Shown piece by piece: positions 1 to 8,831 of a stretch of 64,000 bases of DNA (the stretch's first letter is position 1; every line of letters starts with the position of its first letter). The translations under genes and the position numbers were made by a program. The stretch is from Flavobacteriales bacterium. GTDB lineage: Bacteria; Bacteroidota; Bacteroidia; Flavobacteriales_F; PHOS-HE28. The stretch is taken from contig JADJXF010000009.1 of the NCBI GenBank assembly GCA_016715995.1, forward strand, positions 318,436-382,435, in the 5' to 3' direction. The notes beneath the pieces were generated by a model. The model saw nothing but the letters and a program-made list of their open reading frames with translations. It searched no databases and was not told the DNA's origin.

Positions 1-772
1 TCTCGCCTTCCTTGGTGTTCCTAGGCTCGCTAACGAGTGTCTCAACAACCATGCGATAATAGCCCCGACGAGGACGAGTGATGCTGATATAGATCACCGG
101 ATAGCCCAATTTCCTGGCCAACGCTTCAGTTCCGAAGAACACCGGGGTGTCCTGGTTCAGGAATGTCATCCAGTAGGCCCGCTCCGGTGCCGGCGTCTGA
201 TCGGCGATGAACGCCGTGGCGGTGAGCAGGTGCCGGTCGCGGATCATGCTCTTATTGGTCTCCCGCATCGTATACAGCTTGGTGCCGTGCCGGGTGCGCA
301 TATGGTGCATCAAGCGATCGAACCCGAGGTTCTGCAGCGGGTGGTAGATGACGTAGAGCTGTGGAATGGTCTTCTCCTGGCTGTAGCGCGCGCCCGCCAG
401 TTCCCAATTGCCGAAGTGCCCCAGTACAAGGATCACGCTCTGCTTCTTGTTCGCATAACCCTCCAGGATATCGAGCCCCTCGAAGGCGACACGACTACGG
501 ACCGCAGGGGGACCAATGGTCAGCGTTTTCAGGGTCTCCAAGGTCAGGTCGCAGAACCACCGGTAGAAACGGCTGGCGATGGCGTTGATCTCGGCCTGGC
601 TCTTCTCCGGGAAACTTTTGCGCAGATTGGTGATCACGACGGTCTTTCGATATCGGAGCAGGCGGTAGAGGAGGAAATAGATGCCATCGCTGAGCAGATA
701 CAGCAGCGGGAAGGGCAGCACGGAGATGCCGTAGATGAACGGCAGGGCGAAGTAGTAGCCGAGGCTTCCCAT
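1..772 (-). CDS. Lipid A biosynthesis acyltransferase (LpxL/HtrB family), C-terminally truncated by the window edge
   Basis: Reverse translation from ATG (770-772) gives MGSLGYYFALPFIYGISVLPFPLLYLLSDGIYFLLYRLL...LVLGHFGNWELAGARY..., the HX4D-type lauroyl/myristoyl acyltransferase signature. The ORF runs off the left edge, so it is absent from the ORF track. Confidence 0.7.
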   Translation of the reverse strand, partial: MGSLGYYFALPFIYGISVLPFPLLYLLSDGIYFLLYRLLRYRKTVVITNLRKSFPEKSQAEINAIASRFYRWFCDLTLETLKTLTIGPPAVRSRVAFEGLDILEGYANKKQSVILVLGHFGNWELAGARYSQEKTIPQLYVIYHPLQNLGFDRLMHHMRTRHGTKLYTMRETNKSMIRDRHLLTATAFIADQTPAPERAYWMTFLNQDTPVFFGTEALARKLGYPVIYISITRPRRGYYRMVVETLVSEPRNTKEGE

Positions 773-806
773 GGGGCCGCGAAACTACCGCTCGCGCATG
801 GCGCGG

Positions 807-1235
807 TCAGCGTTCAATCAGCAGCCGGAAGTCGTTGGGGCGGAGCCAGGTCTGCGGCGCGACACGCACCAGATCCTGACCCTTGTCCAATCCGATCTTG
901 CCTTGGATGCCAGCCAACACCCAGAGGTCGTACTTGCCCGAGGCCGAGGTGCTCTCATTTCGGCGCACCACGCGAACGAGCTCCAAGCCCGTCACATCCA
1001 GTTGCACACGCGGCCGGATCATGATGACATCCATGGCCAGGATGCGCTGACGGTCGTTGATCCTGAGAAAGCCGCTCTCGATCACCGGCTCCCAATCCGC
1101 CTGAAGCACATGCATGAAGCTGCGGCCGCTGCTGGTGAAGAAGATGAACTCCTGCGTGTCGATTTCCTTGGGCAGCGGTGCTGTGCCGACACATGCGGAA
1201 AGGAGCAAGACCATAATGACATTGACCTTCTTCAC
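807..1235 (-). CDS. hypothetical lipoprotein
   Basis: A GTG at 1233-1235 (or ATG at 1214) gives (M)KKVNVIMVLLLSAC-VGTAPLPKE, a signal peptide plus LSAC lipobox. The ORF track extends upstream from a TTG that gives an implausible Arg-rich leader. Confidence 0.45.
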   Translation of the reverse strand: MKKVNVIMVLLLSACVGTAPLPKEIDTQEFIFFTSSGRSFMHVLQADWEPVIESGFLRINDRQRILAMDVIMIRPRVQLDVTGLELVRVVRRNESTSASGKYDLWVLAGIQGKIGLDKGQDLVRVAPQTWLRPNDFRLLIER

Positions 1236-1263
1236 TTCTCGAAGGTAGACCGCACCGGAAGGC

Positions 1264-1902
1264 TCAGCTGGTGAACAACTCCTTTCTCCCCACCACCGAG
1301 CAAATCGGGCATTTGCGCGGATCATGCGCCTTCGCCGGGCAGTATTCACGCCCAAAGAAGATGATGCGCAGGTGCAGTTCGGCCCATTGCTCTTCGGGGA
1401 AGAGCTTCTTCAGGTCCGCCTCGGTGTGCTCCACGCTCTTGCCAGTGCTCAACGTCCAGCGCCAAGCGAGGCGGTGGATGTGCGTATCCACCGGGAAAGC
1501 TGGCACGCCGAAGGCTTGCACCATCACCACGCTGGCGGTCTTGTGGCCTACAGAGGGAAGCGCTTCAAGCTCGGTGATTGTGTCCGGCACCTTGCCGCCG
1601 TGCTTCTCCAGAATGATCGTGCTCAAGCCGTGGATGCCCTTTGCCTTCGCAGGTGCAAGTCCGCAAGGCCGGATGATGTCTTCGATCTGCTGCACGCTCA
1701 GCTTCACCATCTGCTGCGGCGTACGCGCTTTCGCGAAAAGCAACGGCGTGATCTCGTTCACCTTCTTATCCGTGCATTGCGCGCTGAGCACCACGGCGAC
1801 AAGCAGCGTGTAAGGATCCTCGTGGTCCAGCGGTATGGTCGTGCGCGGGTAGAGCTCGGCGAGGGTGCGAGCGACGAAGGTGGCTTTCTCCTTCCTGGTC
1901 AT
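1264..1902 (-). CDS. nth: endonuclease III (DNA glycosylase / AP lyase)
   Basis: MTRKEKATFVARTLAELYP...LVAVVLSAQCTDKKVN...GVGHKTASVV...CPICSV, the HhH-GPD fold plus the FeS Cys cluster. ATG at 1900-1902. The 1264..2205 track ORF has an artifactual N-terminal extension. Confidence 0.9.
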   Translation of the reverse strand: MTRKEKATFVARTLAELYPRTTIPLDHEDPYTLLVAVVLSAQCTDKKVNEITPLLFAKARTPQQMVKLSVQQIEDIIRPCGLAPAKAKGIHGLSTIILEKHGGKVPDTITELEALPSVGHKTASVVMVQAFGVPAFPVDTHIHRLAWRWTLSTGKSVEHTEADLKKLFPEEQWAELHLRIIFFGREYCPAKAHDPRKCPICSVVGRKELFTS

Positions 1903-2288
1903 CACTTCAATCGCTCCAGCCTTCCCTTGCGCTTCACGATGTTCTTGTAGTCCCACTGGATCTCTCGCGCTTTCTTCAGCCAACGCTTCAGGTCCTTGGC
2001 GTTGATCTCCTCCACCGACGTGTAGATGATCTGCGCGGCCTTGAACTTCCCTTCCACCTCCAGCTTCTCTTCCTCGAACCCCTGCCCGCTCCAGAACAGC
2101 AGGCGCATGCCCGCCTTCAACCGGCTGTAGCCCACCACGGGGTTGCCATCCAGGAACCACACCGGGTGCGCGTGCCACACTTTGCTCTCCGCGTCGGGCA
2201 GGCACTCATCAATGATGCCCGCGAGCGTCTCGGCGATCTTGCGGTCAGCGGTGGCGAGGGACTTGTCGTAGGTGGTGAATCTGCTCAC
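1902..2288 (-). CDS. DUF1801 (YdhG/YdeI-like) domain protein
   Basis: 128 aa, MSRFTTYDKSLATADRKIAETLAGIIDECLPDAESKVWHAHPVWFLDGNPVVGYS.... Its TGA stop overlaps the nth ATG (TGATG), so the two genes form an operon. Confidence 0.75.
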   Translation of the reverse strand: MSRFTTYDKSLATADRKIAETLAGIIDECLPDAESKVWHAHPVWFLDGNPVVGYSRLKAGMRLLFWSGQGFEEEKLEVEGKFKAAQIIYTSVEEINAKDLKRWLKKAREIQWDYKNIVKRKGRLERLK

Positions 2289-2291
2289 CGC

Positions 2292-2366
2292 GTGAACGTA
2301 TTGAGTGAACTACCCAGGATGAACGTATGCGACCGCGTCGGGATCTTCTCCCGCTCAACATGCCCC
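2292..2366. repeat. about 75-bp element containing two GAACGTATGCGA-like motifs, copy 1 of a direct repeat flanking the ankyrin gene
   Basis: gtgaacgtattgagtgaac..gatgaacgtatgcgaccgcgtcgggatcttctcccgctcaacatgcccc. It is about 70% identical to 3896-3970. Confidence 0.5.
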
Positions 2367-2468
2367 TATCCTGCTGATCGGCGAGCACGCCCTGAAGCCG
2401 TAAATTCAGAACGACCAGACCAACCCGGTCCACCCGCCATCCATAAGTACTTTATCCTCCATGACCTT

Positions 2469-3704
2469 CTACTCTTTCCCGAAGCCGGCAGCTTTCACCG
2501 CATCGATCACGCCTTGGTTGTTCGAATTGCGCGCGAAGCCCATGGTGAACATGACCGAGAACATCGGGCAGAACTTGTCGCCTTTGGATTGCTTGATCTT
2601 CACGGCATCACCTCTTCCAGCTCCTTTGGAGATCAGGTAGTTCACGATCTCGAGATTGCCCTTGTCCGCAGCCACCATAAGCAAGTTGATCCCCTCGGCA
2701 TTATAATTCGTTCCGCCGGGGAGACCGGAGCAATTTTGCTTGCCGCTCCCTTCGTAGATCTTCGTCACGTACTTGGGGTACTTCTCGACCATCAGCTTCA
2801 CGAATTCGAGATTGTTGGTAAGGACGGCCGCGAGAACGAAGTCGCCGTTCGTGTACGTGAAGTTCGGAAGCTTTGCAGCATCGCCTGCGCGGTCCTTCAC
2901 GTTGAATCCTTTCTTCTCGTCGAAGTCAGCGTTCGCCCCGTGCTCGATCAGCGCTCTGGCGACGCCGGTCTTGCCGAAGTCGAGCGATTGCATCAGGATG
3001 TTCCCCCATGATCCGGCAACGGCCTGGTTGGGGTCGGCCCCTTTCTCCAGGAGGTAAACAGCTATCTGTTCCAGCGTGCTGAACTCGCTCGCTTGCGCAT
3101 TCGCCATGCGCGCGGGCAGCGTGAGGCCCGCCTTCGACATGGGTTCCACGAGTCCAGCCAGGTAGGCCACGCGCTCTTCCCCTTCCTTGGCACTTATCAG
3201 TGCGTTCATCACGGTCTGATCGGTCAAAGGGCCAATGGAGTATTTCTCCAACGGGTCCGCGCCTGCATCCACGAGCATCTTGATGATCTCCAGATCGCAC
3301 CCCACGATGGCCTGGGAGAGCATGGTTTGCCCGACCTTGGTTTTGACCTTGATGTCAGCACCTGCGGCCAGAAGCAATTTTACCGCTTCCGCATTGCCCC
3401 AATAGGCCGCGTTGATCAGCGGAGTGAATCCGTTCGCTGGATGAACGAAGTTCAATTCGGACTGCCCATCGATCAGGGCTTTCACCACTTCGGCATCTGC
3501 CCAGCAAGCAGCCAGGTTCAGCGGGGTGCCGAACGCAGGATCCATGCTTTTCAGGTCAGCACCGGCACCGATGGCCGCGAGGGCATTCGGGTAGTTCCCA
3601 CCTTTCAGTGCGGTCCAAAGGTCCTCTGTGGCACCAGCGAAGGAGCAAGGGTTAACCAAAGCCAATGTCGCAATGGTCATGAGCGTCTTGAGTCGTTGGG
3701 ACAT
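2469..3704 (-). CDS. secreted ankyrin-repeat protein
   Basis: Signal peptide MSQRLKTLMTIATLALVNPCSFAG. Repeated G-TPL--AA--G---VVK-LI--GAD ankyrin modules run through about 400 aa. Confidence 0.8.
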   Translation of the reverse strand: MSQRLKTLMTIATLALVNPCSFAGATEDLWTALKGGNYPNALAAIGAGADLKSMDPAFGTPLNLAACWADAEVVKALIDGQSELNFVHPANGFTPLINAAYWGNAEAVKLLLAAGADIKVKTKVGQTMLSQAIVGCDLEIIKMLVDAGADPLEKYSIGPLTDQTVMNALISAKEGEERVAYLAGLVEPMSKAGLTLPARMANAQASEFSTLEQIAVYLLEKGADPNQAVAGSWGNILMQSLDFGKTGVARALIEHGANADFDEKKGFNVKDRAGDAAKLPNFTYTNGDFVLAAVLTNNLEFVKLMVEKYPKYVTKIYEGSGKQNCSGLPGGTNYNAEGINLLMVAADKGNLEIVNYLISKGAGRGDAVKIKQSKGDKFCPMFSVMFTMGFARNSNNQGVIDAVKAAGFGKE

Positions 3705-3888
3705 GGTTCGTGGGCTTTGTTGTTCTTGTGCTGTGGACTGCGCCGATGGCAGCTCGGCACACACAACAGTAGACAATAATCGCATGCCGCGCATCTGTGG
3801 AGCTTAAGAGTGAAGGAGCTTGCCAGGCAGCGCCTCGGTCGATAAAGGATCCCTTCGTCAGAAAGGGCTTCGAACTGGAACCAACACC

Positions 3889-4371
3889 TCACCTGGTAAA
3901 CGTATGCGAAGAGGATCCCCTCACGAACGTATGCGACCTTGTCGGCACTTTCTCGCCTTCCACATGCACCAGGTTCTGCTGCTCCGCGAAGACATCCTGT
4001 AGCAGCGTATTGGAGACCATCAGATCGCTCGGCGTTGCTACACCTTCTACTTCTAAGTAGCAGTAGAGCGTCTCGCCATCGAGTTCCTTACCTACCCACT
4101 TCCAAGTCATCTGCTTGTCCTCTTGGAACAAGGTGAGGTGCTCCATGAAGTAACGGTTCAGCAGGCTGTCGGCGTTGGGGTGCTCCTTGTCGGAGCCGAG
4201 CTTCAATTCACCCCGCGTCGAGAGTGCATGCTCGATGTCATGGGCGGTCATCCGCCAGGTCAGGTCGAGCGTTTGCTCCTTCGCGTTGTGACGGATGGTG
4301 AGAATGGAAACGAAGAAGTCGTGGACGGCAAGCACGCTGGAAAGTCCGGCGGCTAGGAGCAAAGCCTTCAT
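3889..4371 (-). CDS. DUF6702-like secreted protein
   Basis: MKALLLAAGLSSVLAVHDFFVSILTIRHNAKEQTLDLTWRMTAHDIEHAL resembles the HKYYVS...IRIF..DLE motif of DUF6702. Transcribed divergently from the M1 peptidase. Confidence 0.55.
   Translation of the reverse strand: MKALLLAAGLSSVLAVHDFFVSILTIRHNAKEQTLDLTWRMTAHDIEHALSTRGELKLGSDKEHPNADSLLNRYFMEHLTLFQEDKQMTWKWVGKELDGETLYCYLEVEGVATPSDLMVSNTLLQDVFAEQQNLVHVEGEKVPTRSHTFVRGSSSHTFTR
3896..3970. repeat. copy 2 of the ankyrin-flanking direct repeat
   Basis: gtaaacgtatgcgaagagg..cacgaacgtatgcgaccttgtcggcactttctcgccttccacatgcacc. It overlaps the 3' end of the DUF6702-like gene. Confidence 0.5.
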
Positions 4372-4437
4372 GGTCCCAAAGGTCGGTTTCGCGGGCGGAC
4401 CGATGGTGACAACCCTGCGCGCTCTACTTTCGCTGAC

Positions 4438-6816
4438 ATGGTGAAGATGTGTTCCCTACTGGTGCTTGGCGTCCAGGTTGCCAGCGCTGTTATCGCCCAG
4501 GACTCCCCCCGCTACGGCCGCGACAAGTTCCGCCAGCTGGATCAGGAACTGCCCACGCCCAACGAACAACGTACCGCCAGCGGCGCACCCGGTCATGCCT
4601 ATTGGCAGATGAAGGCCGACTACGACATCCATGTGGAGATCACCGAGCCCAAGGCCAGCGAAGGCGTGCTGCCTAAGCTCATGGGCCGCGAGACCATCAC
4701 CTATCACAACCAGAGCCCCGACAAGCTCGAGTATCTCTGGCTGCAACTGGACCAGAACATTTTCGAGCCCGGCAGTGATGCGAACGTGACGCGCACCGGA
4801 ACCATCGGCGATAGCGTGAACGTGGACCAGATCGAGAAATGGGTGAAACCCTTCGATGGTGGTTACAGGATCACCAGCGTGACCGATGCCAGCGGCGGCA
4901 AGCTGAAGTACACGATCAACAAGACCATGATGCGCGTCGATCTGCCCAAGCCGCTCGCGCCCGGCGCCACCTTCAGCTTCAAGGTGCAGTGGTGGAACTG
5001 GTTAAACGACCGGATGAAGTGGGGCGGCCGGGGCGGCTACGAGTATTTCCCCGAGGAGGACAACCACATCTTCACCATCGCGCATTTCTATCCGCGCATG
5101 GCGGCTTACATGGACTACAGCGGCTGGATGCACAAGCAGTTCCTCGGCCAAGGCGAATTCACCCTCGACTTCGGCGACTACAGCCTCAGCATCACCGCAC
5201 CGAGCGACCATATCGTAGCGGCCACCGGCGAATGGGCGAACGCATCAGCTGTGCTCACGGGCACGCAGCAGAAGCGATTGGCGCAGGCGCGCACAAGCGA
5301 CAGGCCGGTGATGATCGTGACGCCGCAAGAAGCGCTGGACAACGAGAAGGAGCGCGGCAGCGGCACGAAGACTTGGGTGTACAAGAGCAAGAACGTGCGT
5401 GATGTCGCCTTCGCCAGCAGCCGCAAGTTCATCTGGGACGCCATGAACCAGCCGGTGAAGACGAATAATGTCTTATGCATGAGCTACTACCCTAAGGAGG
5501 GCAATCCGCTGTGGGAGCAATACAGCACCAAGGTGGTGGCGCACACCATCAAGACCTACAGCAAGTTCACGGCGGACTACATCTACCCGGTGGCCATCAG
5601 CGTCCACACCGACCGCATCGGCATGGAGTACCCGATGATCTGCTTCAACGGCGGAAGGCCGGAGAAGGACGGCACCTACAGCGAGCGCACGAAGTATGGC
5701 ATGATCGGCGTGATCACCCACGAGGTGGGTCACAACTTCTTCCCCATGATCATCAACTCCGATGAGCGCCAGTGGACTTGGATGGACGAGGGCCTCAACA
5801 CCTTCGTGCAATACCTCACCGAGCAGGAGTGGGACAAGGATTACCCCAGCTGGCGCGGCAAGCCCCGCAACATCGTCGATTACATGAAGGGCGATCCCAA
5901 TGCGGCGCCCGACAAGGTGAAGGCGCGCATCGAGCCGATCATGACCAACAGCGAGAGCATCACGCAGTTCGGCAACAACGCTTACGGCAAGCCCTGCACG
6001 TCGCTCAACATCCTGCGCGAGACGATCATGGGCCGCGAGCTCTTCGACCACGCCTTCAAGACCTATTGTGACCGCTGGAAGTTCAAGCACCCCACGCCCG
6101 CCGATTTCTTCCGCACCATGGAGGATGCCAGCGGCGTGGACCTCGATTGGTTCTGGCGCGGCTGGTTCTACACCACGGATCACGTGGACATCGAGCTCGC
6201 CAACCTGCGCTACAAGCGCTTGAACCCACGGGATCCGCTGCTGGCCAAGGAGATCAAGCGCGAGGACAAAGCGCGCGAAGTGCCCGATATCAGCCGCCAG
6301 CGCAACATCGACAGCGGGCTGGAGTTCGTCGTTGACCGCGACCCCGCCACGCGCGACTTCTACAACAGCTACGATCCGCTCACCGCCACCGAGCGCGACC
6401 TGGCAGCCTACGAGAAGTGGAAGAATGGCCTGAAGCCCGAGGAGATGGCGCTGCTCAACGAGGACCTGCACCTCTACGAGCTATCATTCAAGAACATCGG
6501 CGGGCTGGTGATGCCAGTGATCCTGGAATGGGAGTACGCCGATGGCAGCAAGGAAGTGGAGCGCATCCCCGCCGAGATCTGGAAGACCAGCGACGAGGTG
6601 AGCAAGGTCTTCGTGAAACGCAAGGAGGTGAAGGGCGTCACCCTCGATCCCTTCCTCGAGACCGCCGACTGCGACCTGAACAACAACAGCTGGCCGCCGC
6701 GCATGGTGCCCACGCGTTTCGATATGTTCAAAGAGCGCGAGCGCGAGTGGCGCCGGCCGAACCCGATGCAGGAGGAACGGAACAGGCAGGCGGGAGGGGA
6801 GATGAAGGGGCGGTAG
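4438..6816 (+). CDS. M1-family (gluzincin) zinc metallopeptidase, secreted
   Basis: Signal peptide MVKMCSLLVLGVQVASAVIAQ. GMEYP (a GAMEN-like motif) followed by HEVGHNFF-x17-WMDEG, an HExxH-x18-E pattern. 792 aa. Confidence 0.85.
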   Translation: MVKMCSLLVLGVQVASAVIAQDSPRYGRDKFRQLDQELPTPNEQRTASGAPGHAYWQMKADYDIHVEITEPKASEGVLPKLMGRETITYHNQSPDKLEYLWLQLDQNIFEPGSDANVTRTGTIGDSVNVDQIEKWVKPFDGGYRITSVTDASGGKLKYTINKTMMRVDLPKPLAPGATFSFKVQWWNWLNDRMKWGGRGGYEYFPEEDNHIFTIAHFYPRMAAYMDYSGWMHKQFLGQGEFTLDFGDYSLSITAPSDHIVAATGEWANASAVLTGTQQKRLAQARTSDRPVMIVTPQEALDNEKERGSGTKTWVYKSKNVRDVAFASSRKFIWDAMNQPVKTNNVLCMSYYPKEGNPLWEQYSTKVVAHTIKTYSKFTADYIYPVAISVHTDRIGMEYPMICFNGGRPEKDGTYSERTKYGMIGVITHEVGHNFFPMIINSDERQWTWMDEGLNTFVQYLTEQEWDKDYPSWRGKPRNIVDYMKGDPNAAPDKVKARIEPIMTNSESITQFGNNAYGKPCTSLNILRETIMGRELFDHAFKTYCDRWKFKHPTPADFFRTMEDASGVDLDWFWRGWFYTTDHVDIELANLRYKRLNPRDPLLAKEIKREDKAREVPDISRQRNIDSGLEFVVDRDPATRDFYNSYDPLTATERDLAAYEKWKNGLKPEEMALLNEDLHLYELSFKNIGGLVMPVILEWEYADGSKEVERIPAEIWKTSDEVSKVFVKRKEVKGVTLDPFLETADCDLNNNSWPPRMVPTRFDMFKEREREWRRPNPMQEERNRQAGGEMKGR

Positions 6817-7017
6817 GCATCAGCCCTGCCTCTCCGTCCCTAGGGCATTGCGCTGGTTCTGGTATACGTTGAGCAGTGCACGACTCGCGGGGTGTGGGAA
6901 GTTGTGGAACATCATGCCCAGATCGGGAAGCTTGACCCCTTTCGTCCAGGCGAACAAGCACGCCAAGCCTTTGGCGCGACTTGTGGCCGATGAATCGTCC
7001 AAACGAACACTAGAAAC

Positions 7018-7440
7018 ATGAACAGTCGAATGCAGATCGTGACGGCGCTGGTCGCCGTCATCACGCTTTCTGGTTGCCAGAAGTACGATGATGGTCCTTT
7101 CTTCAGCCTGCGGGCCCGCGAAGAACGGATGGCGAATACGTGGAAGGTGGACAAGGCGATGAACGGGGACGATAACGTCACTTCCGCCTTTACGCAGTAC
7201 GAGTTGAAACTGACACGCGGCCGGGATGCCGAGCTGACAGCGCAGTACACGCTCGGGGCAATCATCTTCGAGTTCGAAACGAACGGTACCTGGCACTTCG
7301 AGAATAACGATGAAGACGTACGCTTCGACTTCGAGAACGACGCAGCCGACGAGACCTACGAGATCCTTCGCCTCAAGGAGACTGAACTATGGCTGCGCGA
7401 GAAGGATGGTGACCTGGAACTGCAGTTGGTGCCTGCGTGA
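7018..7440 (+). CDS. hypothetical lipoprotein
   Basis: MNSRMQIVTALVAVITLSGC-QKYDDG, a signal peptide plus lipobox. Clean codon periodicity. 140 aa. Confidence 0.55.
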   Translation: MNSRMQIVTALVAVITLSGCQKYDDGPFFSLRAREERMANTWKVDKAMNGDDNVTSAFTQYELKLTRGRDAELTAQYTLGAIIFEFETNGTWHFENNDEDVRFDFENDAADETYEILRLKETELWLREKDGDLELQLVPA

Positions 7441-7467
7441 TCCATATGCCAAGCAGGCTTATAAGCC

Positions 7468-7905
7468 TTAACCCCGCTTCTCAGCCCACGCCTTGAACCG
7501 CTCCTGGATCTTGGCGCTCTCCTTCTTGAACGCGCTGGGCATGAGGAAGGCAATCACTTTCATGAAGCCTCGCATCCGGAATTCGTTGTCGGAATGCCAG
7601 ATGGTCTTTGAGGGTCCGGCTTCCTCGAAGGTATTGCGCACCTCGTTCCACACGCCCTTCGCTTCGTAGGTTCCGCTGAACTCGCGTGGCAGGTCGCGCT
7701 TGGTGATGGTCTCGACCATCTCGATCTCGCGGCCGCCCATCTTGTACTTCAATCGGCTCTTCGCGCCCAGCTGGCCGGGCGTGCCACTAATCGGTTCGAA
7801 GCTGATGAGCGTGGGCTGCCACTCCTTCATGGTCGCCGCGTTGTCGAAGAGCTGGATCATCCGCTCGCGCGGCAGGTCGATGGTGATCGTGGTGCGGAAT
7901 TTCAT
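7468..7905 (-). CDS. SRPBCC (Bet v1/AHSA1-like) superfamily protein
   Basis: MKFRTTITIDLPRERMIQLFDNAATMKEWQPTLISFE..., the typical polyketide-cyclase/AHSA1-like N-terminus. ATG at 7905; the track start further upstream is a TTG artifact. Confidence 0.65.
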   Translation of the reverse strand: MKFRTTITIDLPRERMIQLFDNAATMKEWQPTLISFEPISGTPGQLGAKSRLKYKMGGREIEMVETITKRDLPREFSGTYEAKGVWNEVRNTFEEAGPSKTIWHSDNEFRMRGFMKVIAFLMPSAFKKESAKIQERFKAWAEKRG

Positions 7906-7967
7906 GCACGCCAAGCTAACGAACGACCGCGTTCTGCATTTGCTTCTGTGATGCGCAGTGAGTGCCC

Positions 7968-8831
7968 TCACCCAATCACCCAAAGCCTTTTCGCTTCCAG
8001 CCTGAAGCGCACCTCATTCCCAATGGTCATGGGCTCGCCATCCAGGTGCGCGAGGGTGCCCTCCTGCCACACTTGCGCTTCCGTGGCGGTGATGTTGCGC
8101 ACGTACGGGTTGCGGTCGGCGCGGTGGGTGTAGATGTCGAAGAAGGCCTTGAGCAATGGGAAGAAAGGCGGCTTCTGAACCACGCGCAGCTCCGCCTGGC
8201 CATCATCGGGCAGTGAGCCGGGGCTGATGTCGGCGCCGTTGCCGAATTCGCGCGTATTGCAGAACACCAGCATGAGCACCTCCTGCTCGGTGGTCTCGTG
8301 GTTGGCCTTCACCACCACGCGCATCGGCGGCGCGCCGAAGATCTCCTGCACGATGATCCTGGCGTAACCGAGCATGCCGCGTCGCTTGCTCTTATCGAAG
8401 CGGTCCGCCACGCGCGCATCGAAGCCGATGCCGGCATTGCCAAGGAAGAAGGAGTCGTTGAGGTAGCACACATCCATCAGCCGCGGTGGGCCCGTAAGCG
8501 CATGCCGCAGCGCCTTCTCCGGATCCAGGGGCAGCTTGATGGACCGCGCGTAGCCGTTGCCGCTTCCCATGGCCACGATACCCATCGGGACCTCGCCGCC
8601 GAGCAGCCCCTGCGCGATGGCGTTGTTCGTGCCGTCGCCGCCGACGCTGATCACACGGTCAGCGCCTGCGGCCAAGGCCTCGCGCGCCAGCGTGGTGCCA
8701 TGACCTGGACCCTCTACTTCCCGCAACGTGAGTTCCATCCCAAGCTCGCGGCCCACGCGCTCCGCGATGCCCTTGATGCGCGGCGCCTGGTGCTTGCCGG
8801 ATCGGGGATTGTAGATCAGCGTGGCCTTCAT
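7968..8831 (-). CDS. diacylglycerol/lipid kinase, DAGK catalytic domain (YegS/DgkB-like)
   Basis: MKATLIYNPRSGK...VISVGGDGTNNAIAQGL...IVAMGSGNGYARS, the GGDGT nucleotide-binding motif. Its start overlaps the LtaS-like stop by 4 nt. Confidence 0.85.
   Translation of the reverse strand: MKATLIYNPRSGKHQAPRIKGIAERVGRELGMELTLREVEGPGHGTTLAREALAAGADRVISVGGDGTNNAIAQGLLGGEVPMGIVAMGSGNGYARSIKLPLDPEKALRHALTGPPRLMDVCYLNDSFFLGNAGIGFDARVADRFDKSKRRGMLGYARIIVQEIFGAPPMRVVVKANHETTEQEVLMLVFCNTREFGNGADISPGSLPDDGQAELRVVQKPPFFPLLKAFFDIYTHRADRNPYVRNITATEAQVWQEGTLAHLDGEPMTIGNEVRFRLEAKRLWVIG

Noticed and set aside
230-1024. A 264-aa plus-strand ORF (and 361..588, 771..1274) over the first kilobase.
   Set aside because: It is antisense to the clear LpxL-family acyltransferase on the minus strand. 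The translation is Ala/Arg/Gly/Pro-rich and low-complexity, as expected for a high-GC antisense frame.
2166-3011. A 281-aa plus-strand ORF and the 124-aa ORF at 2926..3300 over the ankyrin gene.
   Set aside because: They are antisense to the ankyrin-repeat CDS, whose periodic repeat structure identifies the true strand.
5473-6471. A 332-aa minus-strand ORF inside the M1 peptidase gene, plus other long internal ORFs (4839..5402, 6417..6872).
   Set aside because: They lie entirely within and antisense or out-of-frame to a well-supported metallopeptidase CDS. They show a composition-biased (A/G/V/L/R) translation and have no independent start context.
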